From positions 1 through 64,000 of the forward strand of contig LVLI01000338.1 of the NCBI GenBank assembly GCA_001687465.1: DNA of 64,000 nt. Direction: 5' to 3'. The notes under the pieces were generated by a model that did not search any database, was not told the origin of the DNA, and worked only from the letters and a program-made list of their open reading frames with translations. Numbering within the stretch: position 1 is the first letter of the stretch; every line of letters starts with the position of its first letter. This DNA is from Halocafeteria seosinensis. Its lineage: Eukaryota. The position numbers and the translations under genes were made by a program. This document shows, piece after piece, positions 10,716 to 21,872 of the stretch.

Positions 10716-13700
10716 ATGGCTTTCCACAAAGACAATATGAGCATCCTAGACCAATTCAAGCACTACAAGAACCACGATAGAAGTGATTCTTTGAGGGATT
10801 CAGCACATAGGAACTGCAGGGTGCTTCGCCTAGCAGCAGTGGTAGGCATGCTACTAGTTGGAATTCCCGCAACGGCAACCGATCTCCGGACAACAATTCT
10901 GAACGAGAATGAACCATGCATTAAATACAGTACAGACACCCTACTATTCAAACAAGTATGCGATATTGACTGGAGTGATAGAGGTTATGGCGATAATCAC
11001 CATATCACTTTGGAAGCCAAAGAGCAATACAACGGAAACGATTACGTCGTGGACTTAACAGGAATCGGTTCGTTCAAGGGAATGTTTCGAATGGACGATA
11101 TTATAGATAAAGCAGAGGATGCCCCCAAGATCCTCCATGTGCACATTCGAGGTGGAACTGTTGCCCCTGCAGGAGGGTTTATTGTCCGTGAGAAGCAGAA
11201 ATTTTTCCGCGTTGATGGTTGTAGCTCCAGTGGTGAGATTGGTGGTGGCGAGTGGAGTGCCGGAATAGCAGGATTCAGATCGGGCTATGACGGAGGACAT
11301 GTAGTCATCGAGAATTCGTATTCCAAGGGAGATATGACAGTAATCAGTTCTGGTGGGATAATTGGAGCCGACGCTGGGCGCAAAGGGGGGACGGTAGTCA
11401 TCTTGCGGTGCTTTTCCTTGGGACAAATTGGAAACTCTGGGGACGCCAGATCTGGAGGCGGTATCACTGGCTGGGGTCCTGCGTTTGTTGGTGGGTTGGT
11501 AAACATCACCCAATGTTACTCTTTGGGAAATATTGTTGGGTATGAAAGCGGTGGAATTCTTGGTGCAGATAGCGGCAGAGACAATGGGATTGTGTATGTA
11601 ACGGAATGCTTTACTTCAGGTAACGTTTCAGGCAACGCTGCAGGTGGTATTAGCGGAGACGAAACAGGGAGCACCAATGGCTTTGTTAAAATAAAAGATT
11701 CATACACTACAGGAGCAGTGAAGCACGATAGTGTGAAAACTGGAGGAGTCTGCGGCCAGCTAACCGGAACAACCGGTGGCACTGTAGTTATCGAGAATGT
11801 ATACATGTTATCCTCTCCTCCAGATCGCACGTTTATGATCGGGGAGGCGGAGGCCGATGCTAACAGCATCGTTGTGAGACGTTCTATTCACGAAGGCGCC
11901 TCAAATCTAGACCTCATAGATGAAGGTGACACCAGCGCTCTGCAGACTGAGCAGTATTCAGGCGACCTGGAGGATATTGAAGGGCAATTATATTCCCTTA
12001 ATGGAACCCCAGTCTGGTCAGACGCAACCTGGTTCGTACCCGCTCCTAACCAGTACCCGCAATTACGGGGAATCATGCGACCTTGGAACAAAGACAGCAG
12101 GTTCTACCCTCTACGACAACTCTCTTGCGGAACGGGTAGAGCTCCAAGGCACGACGACGTAGGGTGCATCCAATGTTCACCTCATCAAGCTGCAACTGCT
12201 TCGGACTTTGAATGCCATACTTGCAAATTTGGCTCCACTCCGGATGATGCCAAGCAAGGCTGTGTTAATTTGAGGGACCGGGAACCTTGCATTAATACGA
12301 ACACAAGTTTACACGTGGTCCAGGAATGTGATATTCACTGGATGAACAGAAACTATAGAAATGAAGACCATTTTCTATTGTGGCCTGGCGAGGTGTTTGA
12401 CGGAAAGGGCTACATGATCAACTTGAGCGGGATGACAGGATTCAAAGGAGTATTCGTCCTTAATGATAGCACGGTAAAATCGCTCGAACAGGCGCCTACG
12501 ATAAGGGGTGTCCATGTTATTAATGGAACAACCGCACCCAGGGGTGGATTCATCGTGCAACCCGACCAATCTTCCTTCACCGTATTCTGTTGTCGGACAA
12601 CGGGAGACATTGATGGAATGTATAGCGGTGGAATAGCTGGTAGTGACAGTGGGAAGATGGGGCAAGTGGTTATTGAGAATTCCTACTCCAGCGGTCGAAT
12701 AAGAGGGAAAGCCGCTGGGGGTATTGTTGGGCAATTTGCGGGCCGGAATGGGGGTGTGGTGAACATAACGAATTGCCACTCTACAGGTGATATCGAGAGA
12801 CCATATGCTGGGGGAATATGTGGGTCAGATACCGGAGTTAATGGGAGCGTCTATGTTGTCCGATCGGATTCATCCGGTGCTATTTCAGCGATAGGGTGCG
12901 GAGGAATTGCTGGAGCAAAGGGTGGGAACAACGGTCTCTTGCATGTTTTAGAGTGCTATAGCACTGGGAATATCAGCAACGACTGGGCGGGAGGCATTTG
13001 CGGCTATACCGCAGGAGCACATGATGGTGAGGTGCGGATTCAAAATTCGTACTCAACGGGCTATCTGCATCCAGAGACTGCCCAAACAGGTGGCATATGT
13101 GGCGCAGGGACAGGAGTGGATGGTGGTACGGTCTCCATTCGAGATGTTTACATGCTCTCTGTTCCACCACCACCGCGTACTAGGAGAACATTTCTGATTG
13201 GTCAAATTACGTCAGATGCCAGCCACGTGGAGGTGAAGTACTCTGTGCACGGAACACAAGACGGAACGACAAATGCTAGTACCATAGTTGAACAAGGCGC
13301 TGCAAGTATCCTGGAGAAGGAAGGCAATTCGGGAAACTTGTCAGACATTACGAGGAAACTGTACCAGACCGGATCACATCAATGGCCTGAGGAAATATGG
13401 TTTATTCACGTATATCAGAATGTTCGGTTTCCGCAACTACAAAGAAATCCGGAGGTGTCTCAAGCGAGCCCATCTCTCGCAGCAATGGTGTCCCCAAAGA
13501 AGACCCCTTCTAGCAGCGTATCCCGAAGTCCCAATACTACTCCTAGTTCGACATTGACAAAGACGGCATCTCCTACCAACACAGTCTCAAGCAGCCCATC
13601 TATGAGCACTACAAGAACTCCAACCCCAACTTCTTCACCAAGCACGAGTCCTAGTAGAAGCTCATCTAAAACGGCAAGTAGAACGACTTCGTTGACTCCC

Positions 13701-16700
13701 GCCACGAGTGCCTCAGAGACGTCTAGTAGGACTGAGACGGTGACTACTACAACGTCGACTTCACCCAGCCTGTCGACGTCGTCAACCGTCACACCGTCAG
13801 TCAGCGCAAGCCGGAGTCCTTCCACCACGGCTTCGTTAACTGCCTCCTCAACCAGCACTCCTACGATGAGTTCTTCGAGATCCGGTCCCAGTACACAGAG
13901 TGCAACCCAAAGCAAGACACCTTCATCTACCATCACCAATACTAAAACGCCCTCAAGAACCAAGACCAGTACGAAGACAGCAACCCAAACCTTTTCTAAG
14001 ACGCCGTCATTAAGCACCAGCCCCAGTAGCAGTTCGTCCGAAACGGGAAGTAAAACGGCTGTGTTGACTGCCTCCTCAACCAGCACTCCTACGATGCGCT
14101 CCTCGGAATCCCGTCACAGTACACAGAGTGCAACCCAAAGCAAGACACCTTCATCTACCATCACCAATACTAAAACGCCCTCAAGAACCAAGACCAGTAC
14201 GAAGACAGCAACCCAAACCTTTTCTAAGACGCCGTCATTAAGCACCAGCCCCAGTAGCAGTTCGTCCGAAACGGGAAGTAAAACGGCTGTGTTGACTGCC
14301 TCCTTAACCAGCACTCCTACGATGCGCTCCTCGGAATCCCGTCACAGTACACAGAGTGCAACCCAAAGCAAGACACCTTCATCTACCATCACCAATACTA
14401 AAACGCCCTCAAGAACCAAGACCAGTACGAAGACAGCAACCCAAACCTTTTCTAAGACGCCGTCATTAAGCATCAGCCCCAGTAGCAGTTCGTTCGAAAC
14501 GGCAAGTCGAACGGTTTCGTTGACTGCTTCCTCAACCAGTACTCCTACGATGAGCTCCTCGGAATCCCGTCACAGTACACAGAGTGCAACCCAAAGCAAG
14601 ACACCTTCATCTACCATCACCAATACTAAAACGCCCTCAAGAACCAAGACAAGTACGAAGACAGCAACCCAAACCTTTTCTAAGACGCCGTCATTAAGCA
14701 TCAGCCCCAGTAGCAGTTCGTCTGGAACGGCAAGTCGAACGGCTACCATGAGTTCCTCGGAGTCCCGTGGCAGCAGACAAACTGTTACCAAAACGGTCAC
14801 ACCTTCATCTGCCATCACCAAAACTAAGATTCCATCAGGATCCAAGACCAATACAAGGACGGTAGCCCCAACCTCCTGTGAGACGGCGTCATCAAGCATC
14901 AGTCCCAGTATCAGTTCGTCTGAAACGGCTTCGTTGGCGACCTCAGCTACCATGAGCTCCACGGAATCTGGTAGCAGTACACAAACTGTGACCCCAACTA
15001 TGACACCTTCATCTACCGTCGCCAAGACAGAACCATCTTCTGTATCGTCGATATCGTCTGCGAGTGGCTCCGGACGGAAAGCCACACCGGGAATGGCTAG
15101 AAGTACCTATGCGATCACACCAAGCACGCACGCACCTTCTACTCTGGAGACACCATCGCCTTGGAACACTACGGAGTCAAGTTCAGTAACACCCAGCCCC
15201 ACTGAAGTAGCTATGCTTACTCGTGCTGCGAGCTTATCGTCGCGCATACGTCCTCCCAACAGCTCGCCGGAAGGCGCTGCAAGGCCAACACTTACGCCAA
15301 GCTCATCATCTAGCCCAGCATCAACTCCGTCTGCAACGATAGCTACTTCGGCGACTTTGTCTCCCAGTATGACATCATCCAGAAGCGGTACAAGTACAGC
15401 CTCAGGTAGTACTACACCTTCAGCTACTCCGACTCAAACGGCAACATCCAGCGTTACATCGTCCAATTCTCCTACACCTACTCCTAGTACAACGACATTG
15501 AACGGCACAAAGAGCGTAGTTTCGGATTGTGGAACAGCTATACCTGGAAACTGCATTACGGCAATATATTCTTCAAGAGTCGACATTCCCGCCCCTCGAA
15601 CTCCTGGAGTGCCTGAACCTAATACTAGAAATCTGCGCACAATGTCGGAGGTCGTTGGGACAGTTCAGAGCACCCATGGACTGGTTCCCATAGCCAAAGT
15701 GGTTTGTCGCCAGGACATGGGTAGTGGACAATCGGTTGACAGGCTCTACTCAGGCTGTTCTGAGCAATTCCGGTCAACACAGCTAGACTTACCGCTACCG
15801 GCATCGCCTAGACTATCTGTGACCGGAAATGCATCTTGTGAGGGCAGGATGCAAAACAAGCCAAATTGTAGAATGCTGACTTTTAAAAGTAATTTAGAGT
15901 TTAAAGCCAATGCTTCCCAATGGATTCGCAGTCAAAGGCGTTTGGTGCAGCCGCCGGAAAGCAATGGGCGCATGCGCCGACTTGAAACTTCGTTGCTGGG
16001 GATTCCTGTTACATTAGAGCTCAGGCTGGATAGAGAAACCATTGTGACTGTTTCACAAGACGTTCGCATTGAGTTGGATGAACCAGAAGACGACGGGGAA
16101 GCGAGTAACGATGTCGATGCTGAGGAGTTTCTAAAATTGAGCCCTCAGTCAACCACGTTAGAAGGACAGCGCACAACGAGTCCACCGGCATTAATAAGCC
16201 GTGATATTCTTGTTAGCTTAGCGGAAGGAAGCATCTGGAAATGGGTGCCTCCGCGGGACGCTGAAGACTATATTGTGCTTCCGGATGCCGGCACGGCCAC
16301 CTCCACTGGCTCATTTGTGCAGACGGTATTTGCCCGCGTCCCCACGGCACCCAGTGGTGAAACGTCCCTCTCCGTTACGCTCTACGTCGTTAACCGTGAT
16401 GGTTCCGAATCAACTGCCAAATTGCAGCTCTTAGTTATAATAGAGGAGGCTGATACCTCTATTTCCTCGGAGTTGCTTTCTGTCAGTTTAAGCACTAGCG
16501 AACCAGCTTCGGTTCGTTCTTTGTTGATGATTAATGACGGAGCTCTTTCAGCACAGTGGACTGCTCAAGTTCTACTATCAGATGGATCGGAACCACATCA
16601 GTCTCCTTTTTGGGCACGGTTGCAACACTCTCACGGGACCGTCGGTGGGCACGGTTCCACTCAGAGCATACACCTGGTGTTCGATCCCTCTGCCGTCGAA

Positions 16701-19700
16701 AGTACTGGCAGAAGAACCGCGTGGCTCGTCATCGAAACGAATTCGTGGAAGGGGGAAATTCAAAGCTTCGCCGCTGACATGGACCCCCCAACAACAACTA
16801 TATCACAGTTAAACGGCACACGCTTCGTGGTGAAGTTGGAACTCTTAGTGACCTCCGTGTTTATATGCGATCCGCCTCAAGAGAACACAAAGCCACTGGA
16901 GACTTCGTTTTTATCGGTGAGCATAGTCAACACTGAAATACAGCCCATAGTTGTGAGACCAGTTCAGTTTACCGTTCAAGCCCCAAGAACTAACTTTACC
17001 CTCTCGCCAACATATGTCAACCGCGGGTTGCAGCTAGCACGCTGGCTGAGATTGTCTCCGCGATTTACTTCCATTGCTTCGGGTGTATCCAAAACCCTTC
17101 GCCTCGAAGCGTCGTATCTGCATGAGGAATTAAACCAATTATTGGGAAAAAACGATTGTCCCTGTCACTTTAACGTCACGTTTCAGCTGTTGGTATTCTT
17201 TGTGTCAGATTCCCGGAACGAGGAGCCTACAGATATTCGATCGTTGAAGCTATCCTTCTCTTTCATTCAAGGTGGGGCCATTCCGTTGAAATCCAGTGCT
17301 ACAGCGACTAATACAACCGTCACAGTAGGTGGAAGTAGCACAATCATCGTTACATTACGGGATACCTTCGAAAACCCTAATGCATTTGTAACCTTCCTCG
17401 AAAACGGGGAGCAGCAGAATACAGATGGGAACCCTCTTACAATAACCGTAACGCCCACTTCAGTGGTCAAAGTAACAAGCAAGAAGCGAATGGTGCCTGG
17501 CAGCGTGATAAGGGACCTCACCTTGCTGGTTGATGCCGTCTCCCTTGGAGAAGCATGGATTGACATTCGGATCAACGGAACCTCGATTCACGGATCGCCA
17601 ATGAAGATTACCTCTATCCCCGTAGACTGCCATGGTGTGTTTGAGGTTCCGACACCATTAGGTCTCGAGTGTGAATGCCAAGCGGGCTACCGTCGGGAGA
17701 AGGAGAGCAATGCGCGCTGCGTCGCTTGTGATGAAGGACGATTTTCCGATAAACCCACAAATGGCCAGGAGTGTAAACCGTGTTCTTCGGGACAATTTTC
17801 GGAACCAGGCAGTACGCGGTGTTACACGTGTCCAGACACTGGCGTCAACTGCTTCCAGGGGAAACTTCGGTTGAGGGATGGATTTTGGTGCGAAACATGC
17901 TCTTCTTCTTTTTCAAGTGATAATGGAGCCTCATCAAGAAGAGAGTCTATTGTTGAACGAGTATCACAGGGAGAGGAGGTAGTGTTCCATGAATGTCGCT
18001 TGGTCTCAGCTTGCAATGTAAACTCAACGTCGTTTAAGTCCGAGTGCTCGCGTGGTTATCAGGGGCCCGTGTGCGACGTGTGCGCCTCAAACTATGTCAA
18101 ATCGGCATCCATGACTGAGTGCACAAAATGTTCTGATTCGTCGGCTGACAAAGTGTGGACTGGCATCGGTGTTTGTGTCCTTATTTGTGCAGTAACAGGC
18201 GTGGCCTATCACCATTCGGAAGCTTCCGCTAACAAAGCTACTTCATCAAGGGCGGAGCCGAGCAACACACTTCCGAGCCAGGGTGCCGATCAGGTGGAGA
18301 GCATGGAGCAGCTGGAATGGTCAAAAAGTGTTAATCAAATTGGGTTAATTGTCATTGACTATTTTCAGATCATCACTATCATTGGGTCATTGGCTATTTC
18401 CCCGTTCGAGGGAGGATCTTCGTCTAACGTCGTCTCCAGATTATCCAACTTGGCATTGCTTAATCCTTCGCAAACGGCCCCCTTCCGCTGCGTGACCGGC
18501 TTTGACCTATTCACCAGTGTGCTTCTATCGATGATGTTTCCATTTGCCTTGGTTGTGGTTATACTGATATTGCAGCCATTTGTTGATCGGTTTATGGCTG
18601 GAAACGTTGGATTTTCAGCACATTTCGAAAATGCGTTTCCTACCATGGTGCTTTTCTTGGAGTTACTGCACACTTCTGTGACGAACGCTGCTATTGCTTC
18701 TCTGCGCGACTATCCTTACAAAATTGATTCAACGGATCGGTTGGCAATTTCTCTCGACATCGAATCGGGAAGTTCAGAGTACACAACTCTACGGTTGGTT
18801 GCCGTGCTGGTGGTAATTGTGTATGTGTTCGGGTTTCCACTTCTGTCAACGTTCTTACTGTGGACGCAGCTACGACTAGTAAAGACATCACAGGAAGCCA
18901 CGCGCATGTACTTTCGTTTCGCTAATGTCATCGGAGGATTCAACGTACTGCGAGGAGGTTACATGTGGCCTTGCATCGAGATTCTTCGAAAAGTTATTCT
19001 AGTATTTATCGACATTTACACTAAAACCCCGACAGAGGAATTAACGCTCGTAACTGCTGTCTTGCTGGTGAGTTACGTGATAGGCGTGCTGGTTCGTCCA
19101 TATAGAATATGGTGTCTGAATGCGGTTGAGCTACTCAAGATATTTTTAGCGGGAGCTACTACGGCTCTTGGAGCCTTGCGATTCGGCATCGAGGCGAGCA
19201 ATCTGGATGTCCCAGATGATTTTTCCATTACTCTTGTCCAGTCTTTTGTGATCGTTACTCAAATATTGATGGTGGTCAGCGCCGTACTGGCCGTCTTGTT
19301 GATCATTCCGCAGGCAGTACGTGAGATGAAGAAGAAGACACGAGAGTGGTGTTTGCTCACCTATAGTGTATTTAGGAGATGGTGGACCACTTTTAAAGAG
19401 CACGAACGAGTTTCTTCATCAGATGAAGGAGCCGAGAGTTTCCATGCTCTGGAGCAGAAAGCAGTTGAGGAATCTGATGAGAAACAACTGGTTACGGGTT
19501 CCCCCTCTACGTTGGAGGAAGGGCGGTATGCTGCAGGTAGACATGATTTTGAAGGACGTCATGACTTTTTGCATGGTAGTTCCATATGTTCGCCTGTGGA
19601 GCTTGGTTACCCCTCCTCCCGTCCCATGGCAGATGGCGATGAAGAACGACGACGTCGTATCAGTACATTGTACATGGGACTCCCAGGAGCAATATCAGAA

Positions 19701-19706
19701 GAATAG
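10716..19706 (+). CDS. Family member C: ~3000 aa multi-pass receptor-like protein (2 GLUG-like modules, mucin stalk, Ig/filamin-like region, Cys-rich region, multi-TM C-terminus)
   Basis: Signal LAAVVGMLLVGIPATA|TDLR. Modules at ~10878-12070 and ~12267-13450; S/T stalk ~13460-15500. Filamin-like DIRINGTSIHGSPMKI and Cys-rich CVACDEGRFS..CKPCSSGQFS follow. About 8-9 hydrophobic segments carry IDYFQII, WPCIEILRKVILVF and RPY..NAVELL, typical of protist TRP-C/PKD-like multi-TM surface proteins. Confidence 0.9.
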   Translation: MAFHKDNMSILDQFKHYKNHDRSDSLRDSAHRNCRVLRLAAVVGMLLVGIPATATDLRTTILNENEPCIKYSTDTLLFKQVCDIDWSDRGYGDNHHITLEAKEQYNGNDYVVDLTGIGSFKGMFRMDDIIDKAEDAPKILHVHIRGGTVAPAGGFIVREKQKFFRVDGCSSSGEIGGGEWSAGIAGFRSGYDGGHVVIENSYSKGDMTVISSGGIIGADAGRKGGTVVILRCFSLGQIGNSGDARSGGGITGWGPAFVGGLVNITQCYSLGNIVGYESGGILGADSGRDNGIVYVTECFTSGNVSGNAAGGISGDETGSTNGFVKIKDSYTTGAVKHDSVKTGGVCGQLTGTTGGTVVIENVYMLSSPPDRTFMIGEAEADANSIVVRRSIHEGASNLDLIDEGDTSALQTEQYSGDLEDIEGQLYSLNGTPVWSDATWFVPAPNQYPQLRGIMRPWNKDSRFYPLRQLSCGTGRAPRHDDVGCIQCSPHQAATASDFECHTCKFGSTPDDAKQGCVNLRDREPCINTNTSLHVVQECDIHWMNRNYRNEDHFLLWPGEVFDGKGYMINLSGMTGFKGVFVLNDSTVKSLEQAPTIRGVHVINGTTAPRGGFIVQPDQSSFTVFCCRTTGDIDGMYSGGIAGSDSGKMGQVVIENSYSSGRIRGKAAGGIVGQFAGRNGGVVNITNCHSTGDIERPYAGGICGSDTGVNGSVYVVRSDSSGAISAIGCGGIAGAKGGNNGLLHVLECYSTGNISNDWAGGICGYTAGAHDGEVRIQNSYSTGYLHPETAQTGGICGAGTGVDGGTVSIRDVYMLSVPPPPRTRRTFLIGQITSDASHVEVKYSVHGTQDGTTNASTIVEQGAASILEKEGNSGNLSDITRKLYQTGSHQWPEEIWFIHVYQNVRFPQLQRNPEVSQASPSLAAMVSPKKTPSSSVSRSPNTTPSSTLTKTASPTNTVSSSPSMSTTRTPTPTSSPSTSPSRSSSKTASRTTSLTPATSASETSSRTETVTTTTSTSPSLSTSSTVTPSVSASRSPSTTASLTASSTSTPTMSSSRSGPSTQSATQSKTPSSTITNTKTPSRTKTSTKTATQTFSKTPSLSTSPSSSSSETGSKTAVLTASSTSTPTMRSSESRHSTQSATQSKTPSSTITNTKTPSRTKTSTKTATQTFSKTPSLSTSPSSSSSETGSKTAVLTASLTSTPTMRSSESRHSTQSATQSKTPSSTITNTKTPSRTKTSTKTATQTFSKTPSLSISPSSSSFETASRTVSLTASSTSTPTMSSSESRHSTQSATQSKTPSSTITNTKTPSRTKTSTKTATQTFSKTPSLSISPSSSSSGTASRTATMSSSESRGSRQTVTKTVTPSSAITKTKIPSGSKTNTRTVAPTSCETASSSISPSISSSETASLATSATMSSTESGSSTQTVTPTMTPSSTVAKTEPSSVSSISSASGSGRKATPGMARSTYAITPSTHAPSTLETPSPWNTTESSSVTPSPTEVAMLTRAASLSSRIRPPNSSPEGAARPTLTPSSSSSPASTPSATIATSATLSPSMTSSRSGTSTASGSTTPSATPTQTATSSVTSSNSPTPTPSTTTLNGTKSVVSDCGTAIPGNCITAIYSSRVDIPAPRTPGVPEPNTRNLRTMSEVVGTVQSTHGLVPIAKVVCRQDMGSGQSVDRLYSGCSEQFRSTQLDLPLPASPRLSVTGNASCEGRMQNKPNCRMLTFKSNLEFKANASQWIRSQRRLVQPPESNGRMRRLETSLLGIPVTLELRLDRETIVTVSQDVRIELDEPEDDGEASNDVDAEEFLKLSPQSTTLEGQRTTSPPALISRDILVSLAEGSIWKWVPPRDAEDYIVLPDAGTATSTGSFVQTVFARVPTAPSGETSLSVTLYVVNRDGSESTAKLQLLVIIEEADTSISSELLSVSLSTSEPASVRSLLMINDGALSAQWTAQVLLSDGSEPHQSPFWARLQHSHGTVGGHGSTQSIHLVFDPSAVESTGRRTAWLVIETNSWKGEIQSFAADMDPPTTTISQLNGTRFVVKLELLVTSVFICDPPQENTKPLETSFLSVSIVNTEIQPIVVRPVQFTVQAPRTNFTLSPTYVNRGLQLARWLRLSPRFTSIASGVSKTLRLEASYLHEELNQLLGKNDCPCHFNVTFQLLVFFVSDSRNEEPTDIRSLKLSFSFIQGGAIPLKSSATATNTTVTVGGSSTIIVTLRDTFENPNAFVTFLENGEQQNTDGNPLTITVTPTSVVKVTSKKRMVPGSVIRDLTLLVDAVSLGEAWIDIRINGTSIHGSPMKITSIPVDCHGVFEVPTPLGLECECQAGYRREKESNARCVACDEGRFSDKPTNGQECKPCSSGQFSEPGSTRCYTCPDTGVNCFQGKLRLRDGFWCETCSSSFSSDNGASSRRESIVERVSQGEEVVFHECRLVSACNVNSTSFKSECSRGYQGPVCDVCASNYVKSASMTECTKCSDSSADKVWTGIGVCVLICAVTGVAYHHSEASANKATSSRAEPSNTLPSQGADQVESMEQLEWSKSVNQIGLIVIDYFQIITIIGSLAISPFEGGSSSNVVSRLSNLALLNPSQTAPFRCVTGFDLFTSVLLSMMFPFALVVVILILQPFVDRFMAGNVGFSAHFENAFPTMVLFLELLHTSVTNAAIASLRDYPYKIDSTDRLAISLDIESGSSEYTTLRLVAVLVVIVYVFGFPLLSTFLLWTQLRLVKTSQEATRMYFRFANVIGGFNVLRGGYMWPCIEILRKVILVFIDIYTKTPTEELTLVTAVLLVSYVIGVLVRPYRIWCLNAVELLKIFLAGATTALGALRFGIEASNLDVPDDFSITLVQSFVIVTQILMVVSAVLAVLLIIPQAVREMKKKTREWCLLTYSVFRRWWTTFKEHERVSSSDEGAESFHALEQKAVEESDEKQLVTGSPSTLEEGRYAAGRHDFEGRHDFLHGSSICSPVELGYPSSRPMADGDEERRRRISTLYMGLPGAISEE
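13830..14745 (+). repeat. Coding tandem repeat, 228 bp (76 aa) x4, near identical, in the stalk of member C
   Basis: agtacacagagtgcaacccaaagcaagacacc starts at 13890, 14118, 14346 and 14574. Confidence 0.95.
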
Positions 19707-19756
19707 GGGGAAACAAAAAAAAAAAGGGGGAAACTGGATGGAAGGCATAACGTGTG

Positions 19757-19852
19757 ATGTCAAATGATAATGCATCCGAGGGAGAGCTTCTGTACTCATC
19801 CTAAAATCGTGTTAACAGCGTTTCAGTGTTGGTTCTTCGCTTTTGTTCGCTA
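19757..19852 (+). repeat. Dispersed non-coding segment, copy 2 (paralogue at 8707-8781)
   Basis: See copy 1. It lies ~50 bp after the stop codon of member C. Confidence 0.8.
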
Positions 19853-20264
19853 TGTTCCAAATCAGTCGTCCGGGAGACCATATAGCAATGGCATTGCAGC
19901 GAAGTAACGACGTTTGAAAGTATCACGTATGGAACCATTAAGGTCTATTCTATGTCTGAGTACGCGGTTCGTTGATAAAATCATAATGCTTAAATCAAGC
20001 CATGGTTTGGGTGTCGTTGTGCGTGATTAGGACTTGACATGACTTTCTTCTAAGATAAGATAATCTCTCTAGCTACAGTCGTATCCAGAAAATCCAGGCC
20101 AGCATGTGCATAGATTATCTTTTCCACATTGCCCATGTCCCGAACATGAGCTTGCTGCGTGACAATGCGAAGATACAGTCCTTTAAAGACAACTTCAAGA
20201 TTGTACTTCAGAAGCTGTTTCTGAGCCTGACGGGTAACTCCGCTCGCATGTCCATACACTTTCA

Positions 20265-20645
20265 CACAATTCGGGAAATCTGAGTGATATAAAATGACAT
20301 TTGTATCATCACAATGGCAAACAAATATGGGACGATGAACTATGTGCCGTACAAGACACTGAAAGTTTGCCAATGCTCCGCTTTCAGCTACCAAGTCCAA
20401 CTCCAAGCCCAAGCTCCAGTCCTTCAGTGACTGGAAACGTGACAACCGCCTCTACTTCCACAGTCTCTAGCTCAGTCACGCTATCCTACTCCGGGACTCT
20501 ATCCCTTCGACTTCACCCAGTCTGTCGGGTTCGTCATCGTCACCCCGTCACTCAGTTCAAGCGGTTTCACGAGATACGACGCTCCAGGAGCATCACACGG
20601 GGTCTGACAAACACGCGTCAGCTCGGAGTCTGTCATCAAAGCTAG
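20265..20645 (+). pseudogene. Fragment: ectodomain C-cap plus start of stalk
   Basis: NSGNLSDIK*HLYHHNGKQIWDDELCAVQDTESLPMLRFQLPSPTPSP matches SGNLDDIRGQLYHHGGVQQWDNEAWAVNGRDALPILRFQL of member E. TGA replaces the conserved Gly. Confidence 0.85.
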
Positions 20646-21872
20646 AGGATCCCCGCTTACAGCTGCATTGATTTTTCGAGTTTTATAGATTCCGCACCAA
20701 ATTCTCAGGATCTTTCAAAGCGCTCGCCTTCGGGAGCCATCCGGCGCAAGCGAAGGATGTCGCCATTGTCCCCGTAAAATCCATGGGAGAAGAGAGTCCG
20801 TCGAAGTCGCAGAATTTTGGCAACCATTCACGATTGCGCCTTACAACTCGTTCCGTGTCGACACAGTGCTTGTACACAGATGGCAAAAATAAGGGCGGAA
20901 AAAGTTTATTCCTGATACTGTATCGACAGTACTGCTTCTCTCATTCTGATATCGATAGTACCATGGTACTGCTTCTCTCATTCTGGGCGGGTAGCCCTTG
21001 CAAAATAAATTTGGATGGGAGTTGTGCCAAGCAGTCTGATGGCAGAATATTTTGTAATGGTCAAGGAGAAACGTTTACGCACCTCAAGACTACATTGCTC
21101 GTATAGCCCGCCAAACAAGAGCCAAGTAAATTGCATTGTATCTGAAGTGGCGACTCACTCCAATGGCTACCTCAGGTTACCAGCCGGGCACAGATTTGTC
21201 CCTGCCACAAATCCAGTCTGAATGTCTTTGCATATCTGTAAGCGCAAAGAGAGAGCCAGATGTGGAGTAACTTGACCTTCTACTCGGTCTCCTCGGTACT
21301 GGGTTTTTCAGAGGAGCTACATATATTTATACTGTAGCACAAACCAAAGGCTGATAGGATTTTTAGACACCGCTTAATATATAAGATGCCGCTTCTTAAT
21401 ATAATGTTTCTTCAGAGACCACCTGCTGATAGACCTTATGCATGCTGTAGCTGTGTTGACTTCGCCGATGGCCATGTGGGGTTGCTGCGGAACAATCCAA
21501 GTGTTTGCCCAACGATGAAATCTTGACCGTGATCTTTGCTTGAAACCAAGGCCTAGGTAGCTACATTGTGATTAGCAGCCGGTAGTAGTACAATTTACAA
21601 CCGTACCGGTAGTACTTGCAAGCATCGGAGAGCAGCGATCGTAGCAGTGGAAGAAATTTTCACAGGTGGGTCAGAGTGTAGTGGACGACTAGACAGTGCT
21701 CCAGCAAATTGTCATTTACATCGTGCTTTCTATGAATACAAGAGAACGGGTAGTGTAGGAGACTGGAATGCTACAAATTCTTTTGTATCGCAAGAGCAAC
21801 ACGGGGACACAGCAGCTCCATTCCCAGCCAGCGTGGTATCCGCGTGTGGCTCGTTCTGATCGACATGTGGGC

